Numbered from the stretch's first letter, positions 20,541-30,578 are shown. The stretch: DNA of 64,000 nucleotides from an uncultured Candidatus Saccharibacteria bacterium (GCA_964512925.1 CAZEKH010000001.1:39445-103444); one strand, 5' to 3'. The notes: generated by a model from the sequence alone, not told the origin. Numbers and translations are program-made.

Positions 20541-21275
20541 ATGAATAAGGAATTATTAGAAAATTTGGGCTTAACTAAAATAGAAAGCCAAATTTATTTA
20601 GCTTCCATAGAACTAGGGGAGTCGCTCCATAAACAGTTGGCTGAAAAAGCCGGGATTAAACGTCCCACACTCTATGAAAATCTGCCAACACTTTTTAAAA
20701 AAGGTTTAATCTCTAAAACCGTTAAGGGGAAAAGAATTCTCTTAGTTGCCGAAGACCCTCAAAAATTTTATGAAGCCAAAAAATCCCAATTAGAAATATT
20801 TCAAAATCAAATTCCGCTGCTACAAGCTTTAATGCTTACAGCAAAATCTAAACCAAAAATTTCAATTTATGAAGGCATAGAAGGAATAAAAAAAATTTAT
20901 AAAGATCACATTGAGCAAGCTCAATCCATATTAGAAATAGTGGGTATAGAAAAAATCCATCCCGAAATTGCCAAATACATTAAAAAAGATTATGTCTGGG
21001 CTAGGGTAAGAAAAAAGATAAGTTTAAAAATGTTAATCAGCGGGCCCACAGTAGCTGGAATATTTAAAATGGAATCTGACCCCTTTGAGCTGCGCGAAGT
21101 TAAAAATATTGACGGCAAAAACTTCCCCATCCCTTTAGGTTTAAACATTTATGGCAATAACATCTCATTTGCGGTCTATCGCGAAGACAGCGAGCCGATT
21201 GGTTTGATCGTCCGAAGCAAAGAAATAGCCACCACCCTTAAGTCGCTGTTTAATTTCATTTGGGACAACGTCTAA
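20541..21275 (+). CDS. TrmB family transcriptional regulator
   Basis: LENLGLTKIESQIYLA...LAEKAGIKRPTLY HTH; KPKISIYEGIEGIK. Confidence 0.88.
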   Translation: MNKELLENLGLTKIESQIYLASIELGESLHKQLAEKAGIKRPTLYENLPTLFKKGLISKTVKGKRILLVAEDPQKFYEAKKSQLEIFQNQIPLLQALMLTAKSKPKISIYEGIEGIKKIYKDHIEQAQSILEIVGIEKIHPEIAKYIKKDYVWARVRKKISLKMLISGPTVAGIFKMESDPFELREVKNIDGKNFPIPLGLNIYGNNISFAVYREDSEPIGLIVRSKEIATTLKSLFNFIWDNV

Positions 21276-21350
21276 ACAAAATACTCGTCACAATACTGTA
21301 AAAGATTTTGGATCATATGCAATAGATGTAGAGTAAGATTTCTCATTTGC

Positions 21351-21507
21351 TGTCATCCCGGAATTTTTAAGGGCAGTTAAAAATATCCAGCCTGCCTGAA
21401 TGATTCAGTCAGGCGGGGATCCAGGGGTTAATCTTATATTCTATGTTTAAATATATAATCCTGGATCCCGGCTCTCTCCGCCTGCTGGCGGATCGGCCGG
21501 GATGACA
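21351..21507. repeat. Composite REP/RPE-like element, TGTCATCCCGG...GGATCCAG / CTGGATCCCGG...CCGGGATGACA, with nested hairpins
   Basis: 11-bp terminal inverted repeat, internal inverted pair, two nested palindromes. Confidence 0.8.
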
Positions 21508-21690
21508 TAAAAACAGATAAACCTGTATTAAATTTTTTGCTCTCATTAAATTGAGCATAATCCAGATTTTTATGATCCATATTTTTTGCCTTGATTTTAT
21601 TGCAAAAATATAGTAAAGTTAATTGGTTAATTCAATTTATTTAATAATTTCTCCCACCTCCCCCTTACCCCTCCTCGGGCAGGAGGGGAG

Positions 21691-23628
21691 GTGTCAAAAA
21701 TGGATTTATCTTCTTTGTCTTCCCAACTGAATATCTCCATCCAGGACTTGCGCTTAAAAGCTAAAGCGAAAGGTTTTGTCATATCCCCAAGAGCCAACAA
21801 GATAGACAACAGTTTGGCAAAACAGATTGCCGAAGCTTTGGCCCCGAAACCCATATCCCAGCCTGACGCTCCTAAAATCCCAAAGCTGGTTAAACTTCCT
21901 TCTTTCATAAAAGTCCGCGACTTTGCCGTAGCTTTAAACCTGCCGGTTGTAGAAGTAATAAAAACCCTGATCAAAAACGGCGTGATGGCAACTATCAACG
22001 AAGAAGTAGATTTTGAAACCGCCAGCATTGTGGCTTCTGACTTAGGTTTTGAAGTGGAAACCAAAGCCGACCAAACCCTGGCGGATTTTGGCGCGGGTTT
22101 TTTGCACGAAGTGGTTAAAGCGGAAAAAGAAGAAAATTTAAAACTAAGAGCTCCGATAGTCGCCATTATGGGACACGTTGACCACGGAAAGACCACACTC
22201 TTAGATACAATCCGCAAAACCAAGGTGGCAGAAGGGGAATCTGGCGGCATCACCCAGCATATCGGCGCCTACCGCGTAAAAAAAGACGGAAAATTCATCA
22301 CTTTTTTAGACACCCCGGGACACGAAGCATTTTCTGAAATGCGCGCCAGGGGAGCGAATGTGACTGACATTATTGTTTTAGTCGTCGCCGCAGACGACGG
22401 TGTAAAACCGCAAACTTTGGAAGTTATCAAGCGCGCGCAATTTGCAGGCACGCCGATGATAGTGGCTATAAACAAAATAGACAAACCGGAAGCCAATATA
22501 ATCCGCATCAAACAAGAGCTGGCCGGACAAAATGTTTTAACCGAAGAATGGGGCGGTAAAACCATTGCCTGTGAAATTTCCGCCAAACAAGGAACCGGTA
22601 TAGACAATTTGTTAGAAATGATTTTACTGACAGCTGAGGTGGAAAATTTGCGCTCAAACCCCCAGGGTAAAACTGTCGGGACTATCATTGAAGGACGGAT
22701 GAGTCACGGTAAGGGTCCAACTGCAACTGTCATAATTCAAAATGGAACTTTAAAAATAGGCGATGTTGTTGTGGCAGGCGCGGCTTTTGGCCGGGTCCGT
22801 TCTTTGGAAGACGAACACGGGAAAAAACTCAAAGAAGCCGGCCCGTCTGTGGCAGCGCAAATCTCCGGACTTTCCGACGTTCCGCAGGCCGGAGATATTT
22901 TGCAGGCGCCGCAAACTTTGGACGAAGCCAAACAAATTGCTTTAAACGCATTAAGAAAACTCAAGAGCCACAAACTTTCAGCCAAAAGCTCGCTCATCGG
23001 GGATACTTCCACCAAAACTCTTAATCTGGTTATCAAAGCGGATGTTGCGGGGTCTTTGGAAGCGATCAACGGCTCCATTGCCAAGCTAAAAAATGACGAA
23101 GTTAAAATCAATATTATTTCCGACGGCATCGGCGAGGTCAATGAAACAGATGTTTTGTCTGCAGCCAATGCCAAAGCCGCTGTCATAGCTTTCCGCGTCA
23201 AAGTAAACTCCAAAGCCGAAAGCCTGGCTAAACAAAAACAAGTTGTAGTGGACTTTTACGACGTGATATACGAACTGGTGGAAAATATTACTTCTGCGGT
23301 TATCAAACTCTTTACTCCGGAAACAGAAAAAATTTCCCACGGTAAGGCCAAAATCCTGGCAGTATTTTTGACGGAAAAAAACAATATGATCGTGGGCGGC
23401 AGAGTAGAAGAAGGGGAGTTAAAAAAGATCGGACACATCGCCATTTGGAGGGATGGGGTGGAAATAGGCAAAGCTGACATAACTGAGCTGCAGCAAAACA
23501 AACAAACCACCAAAGCCGTCCTGGCTGGCAGCGAGTTTGGCGTCAAACTCAAAACCCAAACCAAAATCAAAGAAGGCGATGTACTGGAAAGTTATGAAGA
23601 AAAGATTAAGATTAAAACATTAAATTAG
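21691..23628 (+). CDS. infB: Translation initiation factor IF-2 (ATG at 21700 is an alternative start)
   Basis: [36 protein letters not shown]. Confidence 0.98.
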   Translation: MSKMDLSSLSSQLNISIQDLRLKAKAKGFVISPRANKIDNSLAKQIAEALAPKPISQPDAPKIPKLVKLPSFIKVRDFAVALNLPVVEVIKTLIKNGVMATINEEVDFETASIVASDLGFEVETKADQTLADFGAGFLHEVVKAEKEENLKLRAPIVAIMGHVDHGKTTLLDTIRKTKVAEGESGGITQHIGAYRVKKDGKFITFLDTPGHEAFSEMRARGANVTDIIVLVVAADDGVKPQTLEVIKRAQFAGTPMIVAINKIDKPEANIIRIKQELAGQNVLTEEWGGKTIACEISAKQGTGIDNLLEMILLTAEVENLRSNPQGKTVGTIIEGRMSHGKGPTATVIIQNGTLKIGDVVVAGAAFGRVRSLEDEHGKKLKEAGPSVAAQISGLSDVPQAGDILQAPQTLDEAKQIALNALRKLKSHKLSAKSSLIGDTSTKTLNLVIKADVAGSLEAINGSIAKLKNDEVKINIISDGIGEVNETDVLSAANAKAAVIAFRVKVNSKAESLAKQKQVVVDFYDVIYELVENITSAVIKLFTPETEKISHGKAKILAVFLTEKNNMIVGGRVEEGELKKIGHIAIWRDGVEIGKADITELQQNKQTTKAVLAGSEFGVKLKTQTKIKEGDVLESYEEKIKIKTLN

Positions 23629-23870
23629 CGCTTAGGGATTAGCTTTTAGCTGTTAGGTTATATTTAAAATTTAAAATATATTACCCAAAACCCGCCCCGA
23701 TGTCTATCGGGGCGGGTTTTGTTTTTTGACATTTTAAAAACTTTGCTTAAACTCTTGCCAAGATGCTAAAATATGTATAGAATATTTAGCTAAACTAAAT
23801 CAGTTGAATTATTAATAACCTCTCCCCATTCCCTCTCCAAGTATTGGAGAGGGAGCCTATATGGAAAGCT

Positions 23871-24227
23871 ATGAAAAAAGTTATAAAAAAAGACACAAAC
23901 AGGATTGCTAAAGTAAATTCGCTGATAGAACACGCGCTTGGTCCGGTTTTACGCGAGTTTTTGGAAAACCACAAAGGCCTGGTTACCATCAGTAAAGTGG
24001 AAACCTCGCGAGATATGAAATGGACAAAAGTTTGGATTTCTATTTTTGGGGGCGATGACCAAAAAATCCTGGACTACCTGACAAGAAATATTTATGAGCT
24101 CCAAGGCGAACTTAATAAAAATTTTGCCACCAAAGTTATCCCGCGTTTACAATTTTTTCTGGACACTAGTCCCAGATATGCCGAGCATATAGACGAGGTG
24201 CTTAGGGAAATACACAAAGAAGCTTAG
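23871..24227 (+). CDS. rbfA: Ribosome-binding factor A
   Basis: RIAKVNSLI, VTISKVETSRDM, IPRLQFFLD; follows infB. Confidence 0.92.
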   Translation: MKKVIKKDTNRIAKVNSLIEHALGPVLREFLENHKGLVTISKVETSRDMKWTKVWISIFGGDDQKILDYLTRNIYELQGELNKNFATKVIPRLQFFLDTSPRYAEHIDEVLREIHKEA

Positions 24228-24284
24228 TATTTTGTATAAAGTATTTAGTATAAAGCTTAATACATAATACCAACTACTTAATAC
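24224..24284. repeat. Inverted heptamer array (NNNGTAT)4-AAAGC-(NNANTAC)4
   Basis: ttagtat tttgtat aaagtat ttagtat aaagc ttaatac ataatac caactac ttaatac; contains the rbfA stop codon. Confidence 0.8.
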
Positions 24285-24291
24285 TTTAAAG

Positions 24292-25257
24292 ATGAACGAC
24301 ATATTTTTACAAGCTCAAAGACTAATCAACAACTCTCAAAATATCCTCCTAACTATGCATGAACGGATGGATGGGGATGACGGAGGCAGTCTTTTGGCTA
24401 TGGCTATACAGCTGAAAAAACTTGGAAAAAACATCGCCTGCTCCATAAAAAAAGGCGTGCCACCCTCTTTGGCTTTTTTGCCGGAAAGCCGGCTGATTAT
24501 GGACGACATTGAAACTGACAGTTTTGATCTGCTCATAACTTTTGGTTGCTCCAGTTTAAAAAGAACTGGCAGTACCAACATCCAAAATCTAAAAACCACA
24601 AACCCAAAACTAAAGACTCTCAATATTGACCACCATCCTGACAACGAAAACTTTGGCGATGTCAATGTGGTTGACTCGGAGAAATCCTCAGTGGCGGAAC
24701 TGGTTTATGAACTGTTCAAATTCTACAAATGGCCTGTAGATAAAAATATCGCCACCTGCCTGTTAACCGGCATCATCACTGACACGGGGCGGTTTATGCA
24801 CTCAAACACCCAAGGTTCAACTTTAAAAACCGCCGCGGAACTGATGGAAAAAGGCGCGCTCACTAACCAAATCATCAAACATGCCTACAAAAACAAACAA
24901 ACCTCAGGTTTTAAAGCCTGGGCTAAAGCGCTCAAAAACGCTCGCTTTGATAAAAAAAATAAAATGGTAATTTCAGTTATTTCGGAAGAAGACCAAAAAG
25001 AACTGGGTAATCTGCCGGGCGGAGTTTTTGACGGTGTGGTTGAAACTTTAAACACCATACCTGAAGCAAAATTTTCGCTTTTCATCCGGCAAGACGGCGA
25101 AGTGATCAAAGGCAGCCTGAGAAGCGACACATATAAAAATACGGACGTACAAAAAATCGCCAAACTTTTTGGCGGCGGGGGGCACAAACTGGCTTCTGCC
25201 TTTACCATCCCTGGGAAACTTGTGAAAGACAAAACAGGGGAGTGGAAAATAGTTTAA
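24292..25257 (+). CDS. DHH/DHHA1 phosphoesterase (NrnA-like)
   Basis: HERMDGD, NIDHH, GIITDTGRF, GSLRS, GGGGH. Confidence 0.92.
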   Translation: MNDIFLQAQRLINNSQNILLTMHERMDGDDGGSLLAMAIQLKKLGKNIACSIKKGVPPSLAFLPESRLIMDDIETDSFDLLITFGCSSLKRTGSTNIQNLKTTNPKLKTLNIDHHPDNENFGDVNVVDSEKSSVAELVYELFKFYKWPVDKNIATCLLTGIITDTGRFMHSNTQGSTLKTAAELMEKGALTNQIIKHAYKNKQTSGFKAWAKALKNARFDKKNKMVISVISEEDQKELGNLPGGVFDGVVETLNTIPEAKFSLFIRQDGEVIKGSLRSDTYKNTDVQKIAKLFGGGGHKLASAFTIPGKLVKDKTGEWKIV

Positions 25258-25377
25258 ATTCCTAATTTACCTAATTATTCTAATTGTTCTAAATAAAACC
25301 CAAACTTTAATTTAAAAATTAGAGATTAGAGATTATTTAGGGCACTTAAGTTAATTAGTCCGCCGGTTGGCGGAAGG

Positions 25378-25950
25378 TTAATTGGTGTTCCTAGCTTTAG
25401 ATAAGGCTTCTGCCCACCAGACTAGATTTTTCAAAAGGCCGTCGGCCTTTTTTTCGTAAGATTCGTCCGTCAAATTCCCAGTTTCGTCAAAAGCATTTTG
25501 TACTGGACCAAAAGGCACTGTCTCACGGATTGCCACCGCTCCAAAATTTTCTATCACTGGTCTTATCTGTTCCATAGCTCTCAGCCCGCCAAACTTCCCG
25601 TCAGAAACCCCGCACAGACCAAAAGGTTTTTGTGTAAATTCGTTGTACAGCCAATCAAGCGCGTTTTTTAAAACTCCGGTATAACCGTGGTTATATTCTG
25701 AAACTATTAAAACAAAAGCGTCTGCATTTTTTGCTATCTCGCTCCATTTCTGCACATTTTCGTAAGGGTAAATACCTTTCAGTCCCACCGGTACCATTGG
25801 TGAGTCAAAAAACGGCAAAGGCATTTCCACAAAATCAACAACCTGGGACATATGTCCCAGGGCTTTTATTTTATTTTCCAAATATTTGGCCGGATAAAGG
25901 CTCCTGCGTTCTTTTCTCACCGACCCGAGCACTACGGGAATATTGAGCAT
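25378..25950 (-). CDS. NADPH-dependent FMN reductase
   Basis: GSVR, SEYNHGYTGVLKNALDW, GKFGGLRA. Confidence 0.92.
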   Translation of the reverse strand: MLNIPVVLGSVRKERRSLYPAKYLENKIKALGHMSQVVDFVEMPLPFFDSPMVPVGLKGIYPYENVQKWSEIAKNADAFVLIVSEYNHGYTGVLKNALDWLYNEFTQKPFGLCGVSDGKFGGLRAMEQIRPVIENFGAVAIRETVPFGPVQNAFDETGNLTDESYEKKADGLLKNLVWWAEALSKARNTN

Positions 25951-25965
25951 ATAAAAAAATAGAAA

Positions 25966-26709
25966 TTATTCTTCCTCGGACTCGGATTGTAAAACAGCTT
26001 CCTCTAAATATTTTTTAGTGAGATTAAATTTCTTTATAAGTTTAATAAGCGTAGAAAAACCAATAAGGCCTTCAAGTTCGATATGTGGCTCCAATCTTGC
26101 GCCAAGCTGTTTTATGCTTGTATATAGAACGGTTGGAGCGCTTCTTTCTTTGGCTAATTCTCCTTTTGGGTGAACATTTTGCAAGTCAATAAGTTGTAAC
26201 CGTTTTAGTTCTTCTGTAATACCAGAAATAACAGCGATCAGGTATTCTACGTTCTGCCTAATATCGTCTGATTTGTCCTTTACTCTTTGTGCATAAAGGT
26301 TGTATTCCTGCAGGTATGCCAGAGCCTTTCCAGCAAGTCCAGAAAATTGTTCGCGCACACGTTCAACACTACCTACTTTTGCACCAGCTACGACACCACT
26401 TCGTTCCAAAGCTTCCACAAAACGAATGACGATCTCGTCTTGTCTGACTATTGCAACACCTTCGTTTTGTTGATCAAGCGTACTAATCTCAGCCTCAAGG
26501 GCTTCAAGTTCTAGCGAGATAGCTTTTTGTTCGTTTTTCGGCAGTCTTTCAAAAGCGCCCTTGAAAGACTGCTCTACTTTTGCGGACGGTAACTCTCGGT
26601 ATTGCCACCCAGCTCGTTTAACGAATAAAAGCTGTATTGATATTTCAGGAGTTTTTACTTCTCCTCTCTTTTCTTGAGGAGAGATACCACTTTCAAATTT
26701 TTCTTGCAT
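25966..26709 (-). CDS. Hypothetical protein
   Basis: Long helical ORF; likely start MQEKFESG. Confidence 0.6.
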   Translation of the reverse strand: MQEKFESGISPQEKRGEVKTPEISIQLLFVKRAGWQYRELPSAKVEQSFKGAFERLPKNEQKAISLELEALEAEISTLDQQNEGVAIVRQDEIVIRFVEALERSGVVAGAKVGSVERVREQFSGLAGKALAYLQEYNLYAQRVKDKSDDIRQNVEYLIAVISGITEELKRLQLIDLQNVHPKGELAKERSAPTVLYTSIKQLGARLEPHIELEGLIGFSTLIKLIKKFNLTKKYLEEAVLQSESEEE

Positions 26710-26871
26710 AATTTTGTTATTAGGTAATAATGTTAAATATAGCAATTTTAGGATAAAAAATTTTCTTCCCTCAAAATGCGAAATTGTTAATTCTTTTTTA
26801 CCCCCAAAATTGAATACAAATTAGTCGCCGAGCGAGGCGAGACGAACCAAAACTCTTTGACTTTTCCTTTC

Positions 26872-26956
26872 TGGTGCCCGGGGAGGGACTCGAACCCTCA
26901 AGCCTTACGGCACACGCACCTCAAGCGTGCCTGTATACCAGTTCCAGCACCCGGGC
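26872..26956 (-). tRNA. tRNA-Leu(GAG)
   Basis: Cloverleaf with variable arm, loop TT-GAG-GT. Confidence 0.95.
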
Positions 26957-27125
26957 AAATCTAAAACGACTTGCTAATTATATCTAATGCGCGTTTTATT
27001 TTCAAGCGCTTTGTACAGTACCTTGCTCTAAAACTCTCTCTCTGTTAAAATTTGGCTACACAAAAGGAGGAATAATTCGCAAATCTGCGGTGTTTCTCCT
27101 TTTACTTTCGCGAAAGTGAGATTAT

Positions 27126-27924
27126 ATGGATCAGTTTGAAGCAAGATCAAAGGTGATCGTGGCGCTTGATGTAGCTTCTGTTAGCGAAGCAATCAAGCTC
27201 GTGCAAATGTGGATGGTTCATGTGGGCGGATTCAAGGTGGGTCTTGAACTCATCTATAGTACCATCATGTCGCTCATTACGCTCACACCCAGTGTGGCGG
27301 AAAACCTGCTCAGCGAACTACGTAGGCTGTTTCACCTGCTCGGCAACAGCGAATTTTTGGACGTCAAGCTCGGCGATATCGGCAATACTGTAGGTGGCGC
27401 GTCAAACGCCATCTGCCGGCTATACCCGGCAATGTTCAACGTCCACGTTTCGGCCGGCTCGCCCGCTCAGGGCAGCGCGTCAAAGCATCGACACAATGAC
27501 GAAAACATTCAACTTACAACGGAAACCCCTACTTCTGGGGGTCACATTGCTCACAAGCCTTGGGGAAAGTGAGCTTGTTGAACTGGGTTTGAAAAACCAG
27601 GAAGACACAGAGCCCAGGCGTCTTGAGATCGTTGTACGATGGGCAAAGTTTGCACAGCAGAACGGCTGCGACGGCGTGATTGCGTCTCCTCTTGAAGTTG
27701 TCGCTATCCGCCAAGCCTGCGGGCCAGACTTCTTGATATTTACGCCCGGCGTTAGGCTACCTGGCTCACAAATCCATGACCAGAAAAATGTTGCGACCCC
27801 CGGGCAAGCAATTCTATGGGGAGCAAGCGGAGTTGTGGTTGGCCGGGACATCACCGGCGCCAAAGACCCGGTCGCGGCAGCAAAGCTGGTCGTTCAAAAT
27901 ATTCTGGAAATACACGGAAGGTAA
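27126..27924 (+). pseudogene. pyrF: Orotidine-5'-phosphate decarboxylase split by a frameshift near 27465
   Basis: One frame carries IVALD, FKVG, FLDVKLGDIGNT, MFNVH; the +1 frame carries GVTLLTS, DGVIASP, TPGVR, DQ...TP, VVGRDIT. Confidence 0.85.
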
Positions 27925-27926
27925 AA

Positions 27927-28628
27927 ATGCAAGTCCCATCAGGAAGAATTTTCACCGCTGATGATTTGATCATCTTGCGGGCAATGGTGTCGATTGGGTT
28001 CGTTCAACACAGAGAACAACCATTCACGCTCAAATCTGGTATCCAGTCTAACGTCTACGTCTTCGGAAGGGAAGAGATGACCGACAATCCCGTCATGGAG
28101 GTGATGGTGGGGGAAAAGATTGGCAGGCTCATCAGTCAGGTGGCAGTTCCTGAAGATCGAGAGATCTGTTTGATCGGTATTCCAACCGCCGGCACGCCGT
28201 TCGCCCAGGCAACAGCCATGGCCTGCTGTAACAAACTCTTCGTGAATGACAGGCCAATCGTTCACCGCCAGATGAAAGAGGTTACAAAACAGCACGGTGC
28301 ACACCCCGGATGGATTGTTGGTCGCCCGCGTGAAGACCAGAGCTATTGGCTGGTAGACAATGTCGCCACCAACGGCGCATCCAAACCAGAGGCTCGGGAA
28401 AAAATGCGCGCTGACCACTACCCGGATCCGGCCGGAGTAATTATCTGGATTGACCGCCAGCAAGGGGCAGTCGAACTTCTCAAGCGTGAAGGATTTGATC
28501 GAGTTTTGGTTGCATATAACCTGCTCGACATCACCTACGCGTTCGGGGAAATGCAGCTGTGGCCAAAAACGGCCGTCGACGCCGTGCAAAAAGAAATCGA
28601 AGATCACTCGTTTTTACCAAACGCGTGA
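27927..28628 (+). CDS. pyrE: Orotate phosphoribosyltransferase-like protein
   Basis: FTLKSG..SNVY, GIPTAGTPFA, K.HG, LVDNVATNGAS PRPP motif, IDRQQG; follows pyrF. Confidence 0.8.
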   Translation: MQVPSGRIFTADDLIILRAMVSIGFVQHREQPFTLKSGIQSNVYVFGREEMTDNPVMEVMVGEKIGRLISQVAVPEDREICLIGIPTAGTPFAQATAMACCNKLFVNDRPIVHRQMKEVTKQHGAHPGWIVGRPREDQSYWLVDNVATNGASKPEAREKMRADHYPDPAGVIIWIDRQQGAVELLKREGFDRVLVAYNLLDITYAFGEMQLWPKTAVDAVQKEIEDHSFLPNA

Positions 28629-28909
28629 CCCAATGCCAGAGAAAAGCGCGGGACCGCTCATAAACGGACCCGCGCTGAATTTTTTTGATATAATGTTTAG
28701 GCAACAAGATTCCCTCCGCCTCCACCAGTTGGCGGATGGCGGATTAAATGTAATAAAAAATACTACAAATATTCACCCCTCCCCATTCGGCGAGCTCAGG
28801 GCAGGCTCTAACCCTCCCCCTCAAGGGGAGGGAAAATATAAGGAATGACAGATAAAATTTTACAAATAACTCACCCCATCCCTCTCTTTGAAAAAGAGAG
28901 GGGGTTAAT

Positions 28910-29221
28910 ATGACATTCACTAAAAAAACTGAAAATTTCACTTGTAAACACTGCGGACACAAAGTAAAAGGCAACGGCTTTACTAACCATTGTCCAAAAT
29001 GTTTGTATTCCCGCCACGTGGATGTTTGGCCCGGGGATAGGAAAGAAGAATGTGGGGGACTGATGGAGCCTGTGGGGATGGAGCTAAAAAACGAAAAATA
29101 TATTTTAACTCACAGGTGCCTGGTTTGCGGCAAAGAAACCCACTGCAAAGCCAGCAACAATGACAGCATTGACGCCCTGACAAAGCTCTCAGAGAAGCTT
29201 GTCAAAAAAACATTTTTTTGA
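28910..29221 (+). CDS. RNHCP domain protein
   Basis: FTCKHCG, TNHCPKCLYSRHVD..PGDR...CGGLMEP, HRCLVCG. Confidence 0.9.
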   Translation: MTFTKKTENFTCKHCGHKVKGNGFTNHCPKCLYSRHVDVWPGDRKEECGGLMEPVGMELKNEKYILTHRCLVCGKETHCKASNNDSIDALTKLSEKLVKKTFF

Positions 29222-29282
29222 TATATTATGCATTAGTCCCTATATAAATTCGTGTGAATAAATCACGAAGAATACTTCATAA

Positions 29283-29339
29283 GGGCGATTAGCTCAGCTG
29301 GTTAGAGCGTCCCGATGCACATCGGGAAGGCCAAAGGTT
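29283..29339 (+). pseudogene. Truncated tRNA-Val copy with the anticodon arm replaced by TCCCGATGCACATCGGGA
   Basis: First 27 nt and AGGCCAAAGGTT are identical to the tRNA-Val at 29595. Confidence 0.85.
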
Positions 29340-29344
29340 TATAT

Positions 29345-29617
29345 ATGTTTTACGTATATATATTACAAAGCTTAAAAAATAACCGCTATTATATCGGATC
29401 AACTAATAATGCAGAAAGGAGATTAGCTGAACACAACGCTGGAATAAACATTTCTACAAAACCATACAGACCGTGGAAGATAGTTTTTTGTCAGTCTTTC
29501 GAAAGTAAAGATACAGCCCATAAAGCTGAATTAAAGTTAAAAAAATATAAAAGCAAATTAATTTTAGAACAAGTAATTAGGGATAAATATATAAGGGCGA
29601 TTAGCTCAGCTGGTTAG
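29345..29617 (+). CDS. Stand-alone GIY-YIG nuclease
   Basis: MFYVYILQS...YYIGSTNN..RRL.EHN.G...TK.YRPW...A.K.E..LK; stop codon lies inside tRNA-Val. Confidence 0.93.
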   Translation: MFYVYILQSLKNNRYYIGSTNNAERRLAEHNAGINISTKPYRPWKIVFCQSFESKDTAHKAELKLKKYKSKLILEQVIRDKYIRAISSAG

Positions 29618-29671
29618 AGCGACTCGTTTACACCGAGTAGGCCAAAGGTTCGAATCCTTTATCGCCCACCA
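29595..29671 (+). tRNA. tRNA-Val(TAC)
   Basis: Cloverleaf, loop TT-TAC-AC, ACCA end. Confidence 0.96.
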
Positions 29672-29710
29672 CGCTTAGCGTGGTGAATGGTACGCTCAGC
29701 GTACCCACCA
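29672..29710 (+). repeat. 39-nt double-hairpin tRNA 3' trailer, copy 1
   Basis: CGCTTAGCGTGGTGAATGGTACGCTCAGCGTACCCACCA; 38/39 identical to 40114-40152 (minus strand). Confidence 0.9.
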
Positions 29711-29828
29711 TATACCACTCGATGACTCTGGTATATGGCACAGCCAATAAAAGTAGAAAGTGGTAAAGTTATCAAGTTTTTCCTTTCAACATTACGAACT
29801 TGATAAACTTTAAACTAAAATGTTATGC

Positions 29829-29903
29829 GCCTCGGTAGCTCAGTGGTAGAGCAGACGCCTGAAGAGCGTCGTGTCGTCAGTTCGATTCTGACCCGAGGCA
29901 CCA
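29829..29903 (+). tRNA. tRNA-Phe(GAA)
   Basis: Cloverleaf, loop CT-GAA-GA. Confidence 0.95.
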
Positions 29904-29946
29904 GACATATTGAATATTTTATAGTTTTTGATAAACTATAAAATAC

Positions 29947-30020
29947 GCGGCTATGGTTCAATGGTAGAACAATACCTTGCCAAGGTATGGACAGGGGTTC
30001 GATTCCCCTTAGCCGCTCCA
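29947..30020 (+). tRNA. tRNA-Gly(GCC)
   Basis: Cloverleaf, loop TT-GCC-AA, TCCA end. Confidence 0.95.
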
Positions 30021-30155
30021 AAGAAAAATGCTTCACCCCTATGGTGGAGCTTTTTTCTTTGGTAAGGATATAGGAGAACCGTAAGTTCAACCACGCCCAC
30101 AATAGCCTATAAAAAACAACTACAAGTTATAAATAATGGGTCATGTCCCCATTGT

Positions 30156-30347
30156 CCCACCTGGTGGATAGTTTTGTTTCTAATCCCACTAGTAAATATT
30201 GTAGTTGCGGTAATGGTCTGGATGGCTTTGGCAGAAAGAATGCACAAACCTTCCTGGTTAGGAATTTTGATCATAATTCCGATCATAAACATAGCCATAC
30301 CAGGTTACCTGGCTTTTTCTGAACAAACAACCACACCTATAAATTAA
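30156..30347 (+). pseudogene. 5'-truncated membrane protein fragment (DUF5684-like)
   Basis: PTWWIVLFLIPLVNIVVAVMVWMALAERMHKPSWLGILIIIPIINIAIPGYLAFSE* with no upstream in-frame start. Confidence 0.6.
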
Positions 30348-30548
30348 AGTCATATAAAACCCCTATTTTATAGGGGTTTTATATTGTATTACAGAAAAAA
30401 CTGCATTTGACACCTATTTTTATTGGCTTTTTTTATGCTGTTTTTTTTCTAGCTTAAATAAAAGACTTTTTTAATCATTTTTTAAGCTGTTATTTTGCCG
30501 GAAAAAAGCTTTTCTCTCATATATAAAGCAAAAAGAGTCATTTTAGTC

Positions 30549-30578
30549 TTGATTTTTTACCTCAAAATAGGGTATAAT
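30549..30578 (+). promoter_or_regulatory. Sigma70-type promoter
   Basis: TTGATT-18 nt-TATAAT. Confidence 0.55.

Noticed and set aside
26745-26871. Possible integrative-element remnant 3' of tRNA-Leu(GAG), with a TCGCCGAGCGAGGCGA hairpin
   Set aside because: No second att copy and no recombinase in the window; cannot be supported
29315-29344. N-terminal extension MHIGKAKGLY of the GIY-YIG ORF
   Set aside because: Derives from the pseudo-tRNA palindrome; the family-typical start is ATG 29345
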